Below the pieces are notes generated by a model. The model saw nothing but the letters and a program-made list of their open reading frames with translations. It searched no databases and was not told the origin of the DNA. DNA of 63,071 nt, filler included, from Folioceros fuciformis (Eukaryota), in assembly GCA_049999805.1 (NCBI GenBank). It is 4 parts of 2 records of this genome, joined end to end, with 100 filler letters (N's around TTAATTAATTAA, not from the genome) between each part and the next. Parts side by side here need not be neighbours in the genome. Positions count along the whole stretch, not along the records: positions 28,265 to 48,642 come from JBNGIO010005685.1; positions 48,743 to 63,071 come from JBNGIO010005685.1; 2 more parts are not named here. The stretch is one strand, 5' to 3'. Of this stretch, positions 37,335 through 53,100 are shown in pieces (the stretch's first letter is position 1; each line of letters begins with the position of its first letter). The translations under genes were made by a program, and so were the position numbers.

Positions 37335-37658
37335 TTACATTTAATAGCATCTCAAGACATCTGAAAAGAACAAAACCATTTGAAAAGGGTTGTCTGATTA
37401 CGGGAACACCTTTCTGGCCACAAACCTGTCTGCGGTGCGTCTGCCCGTTTGGGTCTCTCGTAGCTAGTACCAAAACGTGGAAGACGAGGGAAATTGGGTG
37501 ATACGGATCATACCTACCGGACTACTGATACGGCAAAAGAACTGATTCCTACAGGTTGGGTTCTTAACACCTAGATATGGTATACAAACTTGATAGATGT
37601 GGGGCACCCCCTCTACTATTACCGACTATTTTTTTGTACAAACTCTGTTAGAGAATTA

Positions 37659-40600
37659 CTACAATCTGACCTCCATCAGGTCACCATCGCGTAGCTTCAT
37701 GTTTGGAAGGGCAATATGTCCATTCAAATATACCAGATACCCATCGAAGCCCATGCGCCGAGCAGCATCAGACGCTGTGCTTCCAGCAGGCATGCGCATT
37801 ATCTCACCGTCAGGCCACCTTATAACAAGAACCTCTGTTAGCACAGCTGAATCTGCATTTGTGGAGGTCAACACTGCAACAGACCCATCTGTGGATGCCT
37901 CATGTCGCAACTCCTGCTCCCACTGGAGCATAGACCTCAACAGTCTCACCTGTTACACGACAGCCGCGTCAGTATACAGGAGACAACTGCCACAACCCAA
38001 CCCAGTACATCTTACAGAAATTGAGGCACCTTGTTATTCAGTCGCGCAGCTGTTGAAGTACTAGATAGAAGATGTCTGTTATGACCATGCTCTGAGAGTG
38101 TGGAGCTTAGGTCCACCTCTTTACCTTCCTCTACAATGGACATCACCTCTACGTATTCCTCTTGCTCTTGGCTGTTCAGATCTATAAGTTGAATGAATGT
38201 GGATAGTGACCTATCAAACTGGTCTTGCTGTGTACAAAAAACGAGAAGGTTCATACGTCACTCCAAGACACGGTGGTACGAGAAAATACACAGATGCAGT
38301 GACACGTGAAACCAATTCGTGACTCATGCTCAACGCGGCTATTTGCCTTCCCTGTCGAAATACCTTGTGATAGATGCCATCTCGACAGAGTTTATATTTC
38401 TCTAGGCATGTGCTCCAATCCCCGTGCCCAGGGGCAAACCACCACTGATCAGACACCTGTTTCATCACTAACAAAAGACCATTTAACCGGCAGGAAGTGA
38501 GAGGTCAAGGTTGCGAGTTCTAGAACATTATCACATCAAAACTACCTTTTTGTACAATCGAGCATAGGTCTCCCAACGTTTCCTCTGGTTGCCAGATCGA
38601 CCAGCAGCTACCGCTTCCCTGGCATGAAGGGCAAAACTAACAGCCACGAGANNNNNNNNNNNNNNNNNNNNNNNNNNNNNNNNNNNNNNNNNNNNNNNNN
38701 NNNNNNNNNNNNNNNNNNNNNNNNNNNNNNNNNNNNNNNNNNNNNNNNNNNAAAAAAGGAGGATGAAGTACCTGACTACAACAGCTGCGAGCAACCTCCC
38801 GTCTTCAACCCGCAAGGCAGGATGGCCAAGACGAACCTGTTTTAGTATGGACTTCTCACTATCTACAACGTTCTCAAAATTCCTGCCCTGGTACGCAGTG
38901 GGACCTTCATCTAGGTCTGAGACTCCTTCGGTGAAGCTACTGTCCTGTGTCAAATCTACATTTACTGGGGCAGTCTCAGGGACGACAGCACCAGCAGCAT
39001 CACCTTCTTTGTACAGCCAGTGGGCAGCATGTCCATATTCAGCATACTCATGCATTCCCTGTACAGAAGGAGGTGATCACTGTAAGAAACCAGCACTAAG
39101 ATGAGGACTGCGACAGTAAGGGAGATGGAAAGCGTTGAAGGGAGAAATACAAACCTGTGTGCGTATCTGTACTTCCAAAGGGGCCCCATCTGGTCCCCTG
39201 ACAGCTGTGTGCAGTGACTGGAGAGAAGAGGACGTTTTTCAACAAAAAAGGCACGTGGACCACCCACCAAAAGCCACTCACAAGGAAAAATGCCGCCTAC
39301 CTGATAGCCACTAGGCTTAGGATTCACAATATAATCATCGAATTCTCCACCAACAGGGGTCCATAAGCTGTGACCGGAACCACACAATTTGAGAAGGACT
39401 GTCCACCAAAATCCAGCATCTTAATCAAGTAACCAGTTTACTTGCATACCTGTGAACAACGCTGAGGAGATTGTAACAACCCTCTACAGCAGCTACATTT
39501 AACTTTCCACCCGCATCTCCGACAACAACTCGGAGGGCACGTGCATCATAAACTTGGTCCAAGCCCACACCTTTCCGCCTCATCTACGGTCACAGGTAAG
39601 AACCAGAACCCAGGTGCCCTCTGATGAGCCATGACCCGATACATCAAGAGTACAAGACCTTTCTATCACTTCCCAGCAGTTAAACCAAGCTCACAGAGGC
39701 TCAGGTCACCTTGCAGTGTGTGCTGTAGAGGCTCTTCAGACGTCCTGAAAGAGTTACTTCCATCCCAGGAATGTATCTAATGATCATTAGCATGCTTAGA
39801 TTGCGATTAACAAGAAACACCTACGTGAGCAGGCAGACTTGCACGAAGAACTTACGAGGTTGATATAAGAAGCTCCCGGTCTAGTATTTCTTCACATGCT
39901 CCTAGGGCAGCAAGGGCAACTTCAGCATCTCGAACCACCTTGGTCTTCTTGCCTCCATCCTTCGGCTTGGAACCAAGTCCACAGCTCCGCTTGCTACGGT
40001 CCAACAGTATGTCAAATGGCACAACGGCTTCCAAGAGCTCCTGCCAGTCCCAGACTGAAAACATAAGATCCAGGGATTGAAAACCCTAATATCTAGAAAC
40101 AAACTGCCCAGAGTGGATGAAAAGGTGAAAATTCCCAATAAGAACTGCTCAAACTGCTCACCCATCGCCATGGCCAGCAACCACCACATGTAGCCCAAAC
40201 ACCTTGCAAAACAGCACCTCGTTAAATCAATTTGATAACTATACCTGCATTGTCAGCTCTTCTTCATCTTCTGGGTCGCGTTTCTTTTCCAGCTCTTGCT
40301 CAATTAGATCTCCATAAAGCAGGGCCCTGCGTTTTGCCCTCTTTGTAATTCTCCTGAGATGTCTCCAATCTTTGTGAGGACTCCAAATTGAGGCAAGCTC
40401 TGCCCGTAGTTGCCTGAACGTTTGAGGCTACGAAATGGTTCCACATCAAGACAGGGCCAAAGATAGAGCCACAACTGGTAACAAGACTAAAGCTCTCTCT
40501 ACAGCCTTAGTAGATTTTCAGCTTACTTGAAGAACTGCAAAGCAAAGGTCTTCCAATTCCGCTTTGACAGCCCAAACACCAAGCCGTGATGCCAAGGAGC

Positions 40601-42932
40601 ACCACACAGCCAGCGTCTCCTGAGCCACAGCGCATGCCTTTGAAGATGGCAGAGCATATCTGCAGGGCAGAAAACATAACACCATGGTTTATGTCCACCA
40701 ATACATCAAGAGCCTTCCTTGTGATCAAATGCCAGTACCTAACAACAAACCAGACATTAACATGATAGAACTGATGTAAGCAGAGTCCTGCTTGAGAAAC
40801 TGTCAGCCATCAAACGAATCTAACGCATGCTCATAGAAGTTGCCAAAACGTTACATGGTCCGCATATTGTGCAGTCGATCAGCAAGCTTAATAAGGACAA
40901 CTCGAGGATCGTTGACCATCCCGAGTAACATTACTCGTAAACTATCAACCTGGAAGAGGCACACAATCAGAAATCAGAGGATAGATATCACTCAAAGACA
41001 TTCTACAAGATGGAAAGAATCTTACATCTGCTGGACTTAAACCGCACTCATGCTCTGGAGATGGTTGTGGTGCATTTATTCTTCGATGTCGCCGCAGCAG
41101 CTGTGACAGGAGTACAAATCATATCAACAGTGGTCCAAACAGTGGTGGAGTCTCGTCGGGTTGCGTGAAGGGAACTGAAATCCAAATGTCATGAAAATGT
41201 GGCACCTGATTGATGTAGCTCAGCTTCGAAACTCCTTGAACAAGCTTTGCCACATCCTCACCGAAATTGTTTCGGATATCTCTATAGTCACGACCAGTGT
41301 CATCAATCACATCATGCAAAACTCCAGCAATTACCGTGTCTATAGACTGCAAGCCCACGGTTCACCATGAGGTTTTGTTCTTGCCAGAACCTTTCTTCTC
41401 AGACAACAGGCTACATCAGTTTCTAAGACACTTGCAAGAAAGATAGAAGACAAACTGGCGAGAGCATACCTGCTTGCCCTTTGAAGGAACAAGGCCAGCC
41501 AGTATTCTTGCAGTGTGGATGCAGTGAGAGATGTATGGCTCCCCTGTCTTTCTCATCTGTCCAGCATGTGCTTCAGTTGCGTATGCTATAGCCCTCTGGA
41601 CCTGAAGCGGTCAAATTTATAAGTGTTGACGTCAAGCGTTAAATCGTTTATTGGACTCGAAAAGCACAAGATGAATCTGTCACAATCAGATCTCCCAACC
41701 TCTGGATCCTGGAAGATCTTGTAGCGTGTGACATCCACTCCACCAAAAATCAGAGAAGCTGCAGGGAAGATAGCAGCGAGGCGTTTAGGAATGATTTTGG
41801 TTTTGGGAGACATGCATGTGACAAGTAGCGTGCAAAAGGGAAAGGGAAAGAAACTTACAACTGTTGTCTTGTTTGGTGCGTCCTCGAACAACAGTCTTAC
41901 TTGCGTAAGGAGAGAAATATGCACCGTACACAAAAGCGGCTGCAGTAACTGCTACCTGTATTACGCAGAGTTATCTTGATGAGCTAGAAGGACATAAGGC
42001 TTCCGCGACCCGAACAACCAAGTGGAGACCCCGGGGACACAACCTGACCAGCCAAAAAGAGGTGTAATCACTGGGAAGTAGCAATGGTGTGCGACGACAA
42101 GGTTGCTCGCTGACGTTGCAACATGAAGACTTCCAGTCATGACACCTGAACGATGGTCTACGGGCAGTTTGTACAGCGATATGGATGCGTATTGTGAAGA
42201 GCAGGGGAGGGAATGTTTGAGGAAAATGGCTTGGTCTGATACTCAATATCTGGACAGATATAAAGAGGATACCTGTGTGACCGTGGCCAGAGCAATAATG
42301 TGTCCAGAAGCGGCAGTCGTAGTCGAGGCAGTTGTTGTGCCTGCAGCTACAAGCTCTCCAACCATCGCCAGTGGCCAACCCGTCAGAATATGCAGACCAC
42401 AACCTACACGTATTCCCAATGTCTTTGCCCCATGTCTTCTGTTTCTCCAAAATCCTTGGCCTCGGGGGCCAAATCGTAGAGAGCGCGCACTTCTACTGCC
42501 CAGGCAGGCTATTCCAGCCTTCCCACACAGGTTACTTGACATCCATAGCCTGGGGGACTCTGAGATCCGATCGGGAAACGCATGCTCGCTGCCCAACGAG
42601 ATGGAAGAGGCCTTGAGTCCTGCAGACCTGCCCCTGTTGCCCCCATCGATTATCTTCGAAGTCTCCGACACCACTTTCTGTGTGTACCTCAATCTGTCAA
42701 CAGCTCTCCTTTTCTGCACGAGCTTGCGTGCACCATTCGTGGAAAAAATTGAAGATGGACGTGCCAGAAGCTGAGGCCTCTCTTGAAAGAATGCACCTCC
42801 GCACATACTGCAAGCCCGTGACACTTTCTGCACCACAGCATCACGTCTGTGAGGCCGCCTTGGGGCATGGCTTGGAGAAGCCAACCCAGCACTCTGCGCG
42901 AGAGGCTGGATCATAGCTCCCCCAATTGCCAT
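37659..42932 (-). CDS. RSH: RelA/SpoT homolog, (p)ppGpp hydrolase-synthetase with C-terminal TGS domain; probably plastid-targeted; multi-exon
   Basis: HD domain GEPYISHCIHTARIL..AGVLHDVIDDT and MVNDPRVVLIKLADRLHNMRT; synthetase GRLKSLYS, VYDARALRVVV, FDDYIVNPKPSGYQSLHTAV, EVQIRT, MHEYAEYGHAAHWLYKE; TGS-like WPDGEIMRMPAGSTASDAA..LRDGDLMEVRL*. The N-terminus is Ser/Arg-rich like a transit peptide. Confidence 0.95.
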
Positions 42933-43606
42933 GCGCGTCAGCTCAAGCAGCTCTGCTCCACGCCCTGCCCCGCAAGGAAGTGGTCCAAGCTGTAAGCAAA
43001 CCTAGATTCCTCCAGGCAGAGAGCCCCATGTGATGTGAGAGCGTTCTTCAGTTCAAGATTCGGATCCGCAGCAGCAGATCGAAGCCATGATGCACTGTTG
43101 CAATTCCGCACGACCAACGACTTCTCAGCTTCTACTCAAATAGCCAACAAGCCAACAGGCCGCCAGCCACATCCACCACACGGAGCCCCCCCCCTTTTTT
43201 TTTTTTTTTTTTTTTTCGTTCGGAATCCTGGCGCCGGCCGTCACGTTCTAAGCTAGCCCCTGGCTGACGCACCGTCGCGCTCACAGCCATCGGCGACCAG
43301 CTCAACCTGGATGCTCAACGCATGCAGACGACGATTACGCTGCGCAGCGCTGCAACTGCTGCAGCGCAGCGCAGGATCCCCGTTGCACCAAGGTGACGAA
43401 GTGTCTCCTTCACGGTAGACCGTGCAGCAGCTGGCTGCGGGCTTTCACAGTCAGTGTGGGGGGGCCCGGCAGAGGCCCGGGGCAGGTAGGGGACCAAAGG
43501 ACGAGATATTTACAGACGGGTGGCTGTCCTGTCACGGTAGTCGGTTGTGCCCCAACTGCCATGAGTCGTGGGAGCGGGGAGCAGAGCATTAAAGGCGTGG
43601 CAGACA

Positions 43607-44245
43607 ATGGAGCAGCCGCGTGGGCGACTGATTCTGGCTGCCTTGGCTCTCCTGGTGTTGGCGGCTGGGGGGACCGAGGCGATGGTCTTGGACACTCGCA
43701 TCACGCACAGAAACTACTCTTTCGTGGCGCAAATCGCGGCTACGGCCGCTTTTGATCTTCCACGATACACTCTCTTCGCCCCAGATAATGCGGCCTTCGA
43801 TGTGAGGCGTCCTGGCCCCTCCTGCCGTTGTGGCAACAGTGGTGAGGCGAGCCAGCTAACGGGTTTGGTTTGTTGCGTTTGCTTGCAAGGGCAGAGGCTG
43901 GGGTGCCTGTCGCTGTGGAACCAATCCAGCCTGGCGATCAGGATCCTGGAGTACCACCTGCTGGACGAGCCCTACTCCGCTCGAGACTTCCTGGACATAA
44001 TCGTGAGCAACAGCTCCTGGAACCCCGCCAGCCTCTACAAGACCAAGGCGCTGCAATTCAGCCTGAGGAATAACACCATCATCGTCAACGGAGGTGCCGC
44101 CAATGTGACGGACCCCGACCTTGTCAAGGGCTACTCCAAAGCAGTTCACGGCATCAACTCTGTGCTCATGCCTCCCGGCCTTCACGTACACAAACGAACC
44201 CCGAATTCGTGCCACCCCGGCTCTACTCCACTGCAAGAACCATGA
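43607..44245 (+). CDS. Secreted fasciclin (FAS1) domain protein, FLA-like; probable intron about 43802-43890, 3' end uncertain
   Basis: Signal peptide LILAALALLVLAAGG; FAS1 H1 motif YTLFAPDNAAF; ILEYH; H2 motif VTDPDL...AVHGINSVLMP; several N-x-S/T sequons. Confidence 0.85.
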   Translation: MEQPRGRLILAALALLVLAAGGTEAMVLDTRITHRNYSFVAQIAATAAFDLPRYTLFAPDNAAFDVRRPGPSCRCGNSGEASQLTGLVCCVCLQGQRLGCLSLWNQSSLAIRILEYHLLDEPYSARDFLDIIVSNSSWNPASLYKTKALQFSLRNNTIIVNGGAANVTDPDLVKGYSKAVHGINSVLMPPGLHVHKRTPNSCHPGSTPLQEP

Positions 44246-45183
44246 CTAGTTAACACAAGCGTCATCATCATGTGTGCAGGCTCCATCGGACTGCGCCAAC
44301 TTCGTCTTCCAGCTTTCAAGTGCGCCCGCGTCCGGTAATTGAACTCCTCATCTTCCTCTTCTCCCTCTTCTTCCTGCATGGCAGTCCTGCTTCATTCAAT
44401 ATCAATCTCAATCAAATTGCTGCTGCTTCAAATCAAACTCATGGAAGCCCTAATAAACAGACAAACTACGAAGAAGCAGCCTTGCCGGCCTGGTGATTGC
44501 ATTCCTCCTGCGTGCTATGGCTCTCGCCTCGTAAAGCCTGATGCGCTGTGGGATCGATGAATGTCCTCATTCACGTCTGAGCACTATTTTAGCTTTCTGG
44601 CATGAAGTCCTCAGCATCAGTGTCGAGTAAGGCACTGCGTCATTCGGGAGTAAGACATGGATCCACGGTGACAGCACCCTGCACATGGCAATCGAGCGAG
44701 TTCTCGCTGTACGTGCCCGTCAATCTCGGGCTTTCGAATGATGGAAACTCGCTGGAAGGGAAGTGGGACGCAAATCAGGTGACAAAGTACGGCCGGGACG
44801 ATTGCAAGTGCGTAAATCGGGACAACTGTAATGTTGCATACAACATGTTCTGGGGATGGCACTCTCAGCTTCATTGATCAAAAGTTTTGAAGTACTTAGC
44901 CCCCGCTACATACATATGCCGGGCACGTAAAAGAGGGGGCTGACGCGCCTAGTTCGACAAGACGAGCATCTCACACGCTGAGCAAGCTCCATGCTTTCAA
45001 GACACACTGACGGTGAGATCAGCAAAGCAAAACAACTGTGTTCGTTGAGTGGGCCACATGCTGGCTTGGGCCACCACTTGGTCCACGCCGATACAGGGAG
45101 ACAAAGCTTAACATCGCCTCATTCGAGTGGCGGCGAATATGCCAGCCTAACCACTGGGTTCGCAGCCGTTCAGGTCAAAAAGC

Positions 45184-47655
<2,472 letters not shown>

Positions 47656-48642
47656 GCTGCGCTCTCCTCTAGCTCCAGGTCATAGATACACAACCTCGTA
47701 GCCGACGGCGTGTGCAACGAAACCCGCGCAGCACAGAACAAAGAGGGCGGGAGCAGGCCCTCACATCCCCCCGCTTCCACACATGCCCTGCAGCAGCTAC
47801 GCTAGGCTCTGCGCCACGCTAAGCTATGCGTGCGGGGGAGTTCGAAGTGGCACGTCCGGGTTTAGGTCCGTCCTCGGTATGTACCCTCTGCATTTCCACT
47901 TGCATCACATCACAGTGTCCGCAGTTATCTCGGTGTGGCACCGCCGCGCCTTGGCCTTAGCCTTTGGCTCGGCTCGCGTCTGCCCCTGCCTCTGCCTGCG
48001 CTTGCGCTTGCGCCCGTGCCGATGGATGCTCCTAATGGCGGCCACAAGAAAGCCAAGCACAAGCACTCCACGGTATCTGCGTACATGCTGGTATCACCAG
48101 CCTCAGAATACCGAGACAGACGTCTGGCAATCGCATCTTTGCTGCACCCGCTGGCTCGCGCGACTCGCAGATTGCCCCATTCTGCTCCGCTTCCACTGCC
48201 GCAGCTCTGCAGGATATCTGTGGTGCCCAGGCAGTAAAATGCCATGGAAAACAGTCCAGCCGGGCTGTAATTTTCCCAGATTTTAACGTCCGTCATCCAC
48301 CTACCACAAATAGCAAAGTTTGGCTTATGACATGGCGTACCGTACCCGTATGTATACCTAGGTAAGCGTGAAGAGTTTATAATGGAAAATGATATGTACA
48401 AAGCCCATCTGACAAACACACCAAAAGCAACATAGAGCACAAACTTAAACTCAACGAACTTGTGTTATTCAGAGAATTCCGGACCAACATAATCTTTATA
48501 TGGAAAGATTATTTTCAATTATTGAAAAAAATAAAAAATTTCATTACTCGATTGGAATACTAAGTCCCTTCGAACATCATGTCACAAAATGTCATGCTCC
48601 CAAAATGTTATGATGTGGAAAGGCTTTCTTAATCCCTAATCC

Positions 48643-48742
48643 NNNNNNNNNNNNNNNNNNNNNNNNNNNNNNNNNNNNNNNNNNNNTTAATTAATTAANN
48701 NNNNNNNNNNNNNNNNNNNNNNNNNNNNNNNNNNNNNNNNNN
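48643..48742. other. Artificial contig-joining linker
   Basis: N44-TTAATTAATTAA-N44. Confidence 0.95.
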
Positions 48743-50160
48743 AACTGCATGGTCTCTCGACTTGGTAGTAGGTGAAGATGAAGAAGGTTGCGGCTTGGGC
48801 GTGTGCAACTAGTTTGGTAGCAGACAGGAGCAGCAGTGAGGGAGGGATTGTGGATTGTGGATTGTGGATTAGGTTGCTTTTGGCTTGTGAATTGCGAATT
48901 GCTGGGGGAGGAAAAGGATGTGAGAAAGACTTCTGGACCAGCATTGACTGGCCAAGTGCCAACTGCCTACCGTGAGCCAGCTGCCCCTTTCCAGCCGGAT
49001 TACAATACTCTGTTACCATGTGTGTGAGAGTTTGAATCCAGCACGGCATTGGCAGCGGCGGGACGACCGACTGGCGGGGACAGAGGCAACGTACGCCGTG
49101 CATGTGGTATGTACATACAGTACTGGAAGGAGAGGGAGAAGTTGCATGTCTTAATGTGCAAATGTACTTGCTTGGACGGACGTGGCTACGGCTGCGATAA
49201 ATGAAACATTTGTGTTTGCACTGCCATCGCGACCATCGTGTTAGTGTACTGGGTGGTGGCCACACCTGGGGTTTGCTGTCCGACGCGTAAGAGACCGACT
49301 TAGGCGGTCATGTCCGTGAGGTATGGTGTGTACCCATTAGGCTTGGGCTTGGGCATGGGCTTAGCTTTGTGGCTTTGTGGCGTTGTGAGTGCAATTTTTG
49401 TGTTCACTCTTTTTCTGTGACATGTTAGTCGCGGGCCACATAGGGTTAAGCCCTATTCTTGGCTTTTCCCCATTGTGGGTGGTTTTTTCCTTCCATCAGT
49501 TTCTATGTGGGCATTGGGGTGTGACAGTAGGGGATGATTAACGGTGCCACGGCCAGAGGACTGTTGTTTCCCTGGACCCTCATAAATTCTCCGTTATCCC
49601 CGGTAGCCAAGCTGGTGAAGCTTCCTCTTTGGAAATCTCGGTATCGATTGGAGGACGTGACGTTTGTGTGATACCATTGATGCCGCGGGAAGCTATAATG
49701 TCACACTTTGCTCCACTGGAGACTTCGCAAATCCCCAGCCCAGAAACGTACGCCCACAGCAACTCCGTAAGCGTTGAATTTGATTAGACGTGAAGGATAG
49801 AGTCTTCCAGATTTGACACTTCACATGCCACATTGTCTGCGCTAGACCCGGTACAACGTGGCAGGAAGGTCTTCGGAAACAACAAGGTCTTCCCAAGTCT
49901 GCCGCCCCGTCCCCATCTCGGGATAAGCGAGCTGGCAAGACGAGGTCGGGCACATCTGCCTGCCTGGCCAAAGAATGCGCACCACGTTCACCTACCTCCG
50001 TGGTCATCTGCCCGACCTACCACACTGAGCCGGGGCATCTCATTTCACACCCAACACCCCATCGCGAAATGAAATCAGAAATTTGTTTGTTACGGAAGAA
50101 AATAATGAGTCGAAGTACACACTATCCACTTAAATAAATATAATAACAAGCTCAGCCATG

Positions 50161-53100
50161 TCAATCCTTTTTCTTGCCCTGGCCTAAGACATTTCTGCAC
50201 TCGTAGCAAACTACCCTATTCTGACCACCTTCAGCTTTCACTGGCTGACACGCTGGGCACACAACTCGTTCCCTGCTCTCCTCCGACTCTTCCTCCTGTT
50301 TACCACTTAGAATAAGCGATATCTCAAGACCGCGGCTGAAGGCCTGATTGAACACCAGACGGGTTTGGAAGGTGGAAACGAATGGGAACCACGACAGAAT
50401 TGCGATCGGCACAAATATCAATATCCCGAATAATGCATCATAAAACCGTGCCAAAGACCGGACCGTCTTCCACAAACCCAATGCTTTCATCACTGGCTTG
50501 ATTGCCACGCCAATCTGTGAAGACACGGGATGTATTAACTATCACCTACACAAAAAATGTCCATTTCCTGGCGCTACGAAAGACCAACAGAATCTACGAA
50601 AGCATAGCCACGGGACAAGAAACTCACCGACAAAAGAGTCCACCCTGTTGGAAGAATCGCAAGCGAGGCAGCAAATACGTCGGACACGCTAAGGGTGGTG
50701 AAAACAATGAGAATAATTAGCGCAAAAAGGGCGCCACCGAATATAATGGTTTGAACCAACCGAAGCAACAATTGGTATTTAGCCGCCGCTCTCTGACTTA
50801 TCGTAAAGGCCTGCAGCATCAACGACAAGAGAAGAGCCGTTCACACCTCTTACCTCCACAACTACAACTCATTCAGACTCATAGAGATACTCCTGATGAC
50901 GCAAAATGAGAGAGCGGAGACATACCTTAAACAGCACCAGCAAACCAACCAACACCAACCAGGATATCCCGTATACCTACAGCCACCAACCACTCCAGAA
51001 CTGAGACAGTCGCTTACTTAACATGAATCCTCAAGTTCGCTTGCAGTATAAATAGAAACTTACAGTAAGGTTATTATCGGTTCCTGTTACGTTCAATGAA
51101 TACACCACACCGTATTGAAAGATGAGGAAACGCAAGCTTAAGATGATCTCGAAAACTCGACCAAGGAATGTCGAGATGTGGGACTGCCACACATGTCAGC
51201 GGAGTTACACGACAAAAGCAGGAATCATCTCATCACAACGTGGAAGCAGAAATACAACAAATAGGTCTCCTAGTCACCAACTCACAATCTCATCTTCCCA
51301 CCATGCTTCCCAGCTTTCATTAACGCTAACCCCTACGCCGCCTTTGTAAAAGATCCAATTGCTCCAGTTGTCAAAGTCCTCTACCGCTCTGCACAATAGT
51401 CGCTAGGCACAAGTCATTCCTCAGCCACCAGAACAAGGACCACAGCCACTGGCTGAGTTCAACCACCACTGAATCTTACTTTTGCCACTCGAATCCAGAT
51501 GGGTTGAAGAGGAAGGGTGCGTAAAGCCACGAAAGGGCGAGGAACCAACTGCTGAATGTGAGGAGCACATAGCTCATGGTTCCTTTAGAAGAGCCATATG
51601 CACCATATACTATCAAGAGCAGTGCAACCTCTAACCTGACAGAGCCAGGTACCACGTCAGTGGAAGGCGCACGACTATCCATTTAACAATCACAGCAACG
51701 CAATCATGACCCCAGTTACTGAAACAACTCATTCGGCAGGACGTACCCTTTGATAAAATGACTACGGGAAAACAATCTGTAGTTTTCAGCGAATGAGATG
51801 TGCTGTACAACAAATCCTCTGCCAGTGCTTCGGTACTGCAGTGATCCGACTCGTAATTGAGAAACCAAAACATTGAAGGACACTAGTCAAATTCAAGGAC
51901 TTGCATGACAACCACAGGTAAAGGGACACAGGTCATGCCTTGGCTCCTCCGTGAAGAATAGTTCTGCCAAAGTAGTGGGTTCTGGTTCCCAGAGAGAAAG
52001 TGAAGAACACAGATGCCGCTTGAAGTTGCATCTGCACAAACCCCGCCAAAGCCTGCCAGGAACCACAGCCACAGAATCTGAGCAACTCAAGTTGCTAAGC
52101 AGGTTGAGTACTGCTTCAAGAGTGGCATACGGAATGCAGAAAGTACTTTCAAGACACCCAGCTCGAGAATGGTGTTCATGATCATCGGAACGGCGGTGAA
52201 GACACCAATTTGGAACAGAAACTGCGTATTAAGAGCAGCCTGTAGAGCTGTATTGTTGGTCTCCTCTTCTGAAAGACTAGTTTCAACTCCGGACAGTGCC
52301 TGACGCACAAATTTATCAAACGAGTTGAAAAGAACGTAAGCGGATTAGATATACGTGAGGTCCTACCCTTCCAAACAACAGAAAAGAAGCAGCTCACCAG
52401 GTATACTTTGCCATAGAGGAAAACAAAAACAGTGAGAACCGTCATCTGATACGACAGTGGAGATTCATTAGTCAGCCCCTTCTCATGAAGGCGATTCAAG
52501 CACAAACAAGACAGATTTTCTAGGGTCTCGTAGAATCACCATAGTACAAATATAAAACCCAACAGAAGTGTAAAAGAACGACAACATTCTGAAGGGATCC
52601 AAAAGCTGGCCCAGACGATAGATATCTCTACTCAGGACTTGTTCCCCATTTCCACCTGCAACTTTCCCCTCAAAAATGGCAATCTGATTCAACCCCACAT
52701 CACGTCCTTTGCCGACCTGCAACATAAGAAGGTGAGATATTTCCACCACATAAAGCTCACAAATGGGCTTGCTCCAAGTTTAAAAGTCACTAGCAGCGGA
52801 CCTGGATGTACTCGTGATGTGTCACATTACCCTGCCGTAAAGTGGAATTGAAGCCTACAAATTAAACACTACAAATTTTAAAAATCGGCACACCGGTGAA
52901 ATAACATGTGCCTCTCGATTTGAAAACTAGTCAACTTCCGACTAGACACTTCTATCAGCACCTGCATAGATATCTTCACTTATATTGATGACTTTCGATG
53001 CTTTGCTGATTCCACCTCTGCTGATATGGAATAACCTGTCAAATACATCTGGATGACCGTAATGCATCCGTACTCTGGGCCAGGCGAATTCAGTTAGACT

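Noticed and set aside
37659..42932. RelA/SpoT gene as bacterial contamination or recent horizontal transfer
   Set aside because: It has many spliceosomal introns and a transit-peptide-like N-terminus, and RSH genes are standard in plants.
47783..48440. Overlapping ORFs of 100-170 aa upstream of GSK3, and similar ORFs at 4355-5250 and 18000-19100
   Set aside because: No recognisable motifs. They are expected by chance in GC-rich leader or low-complexity DNA.
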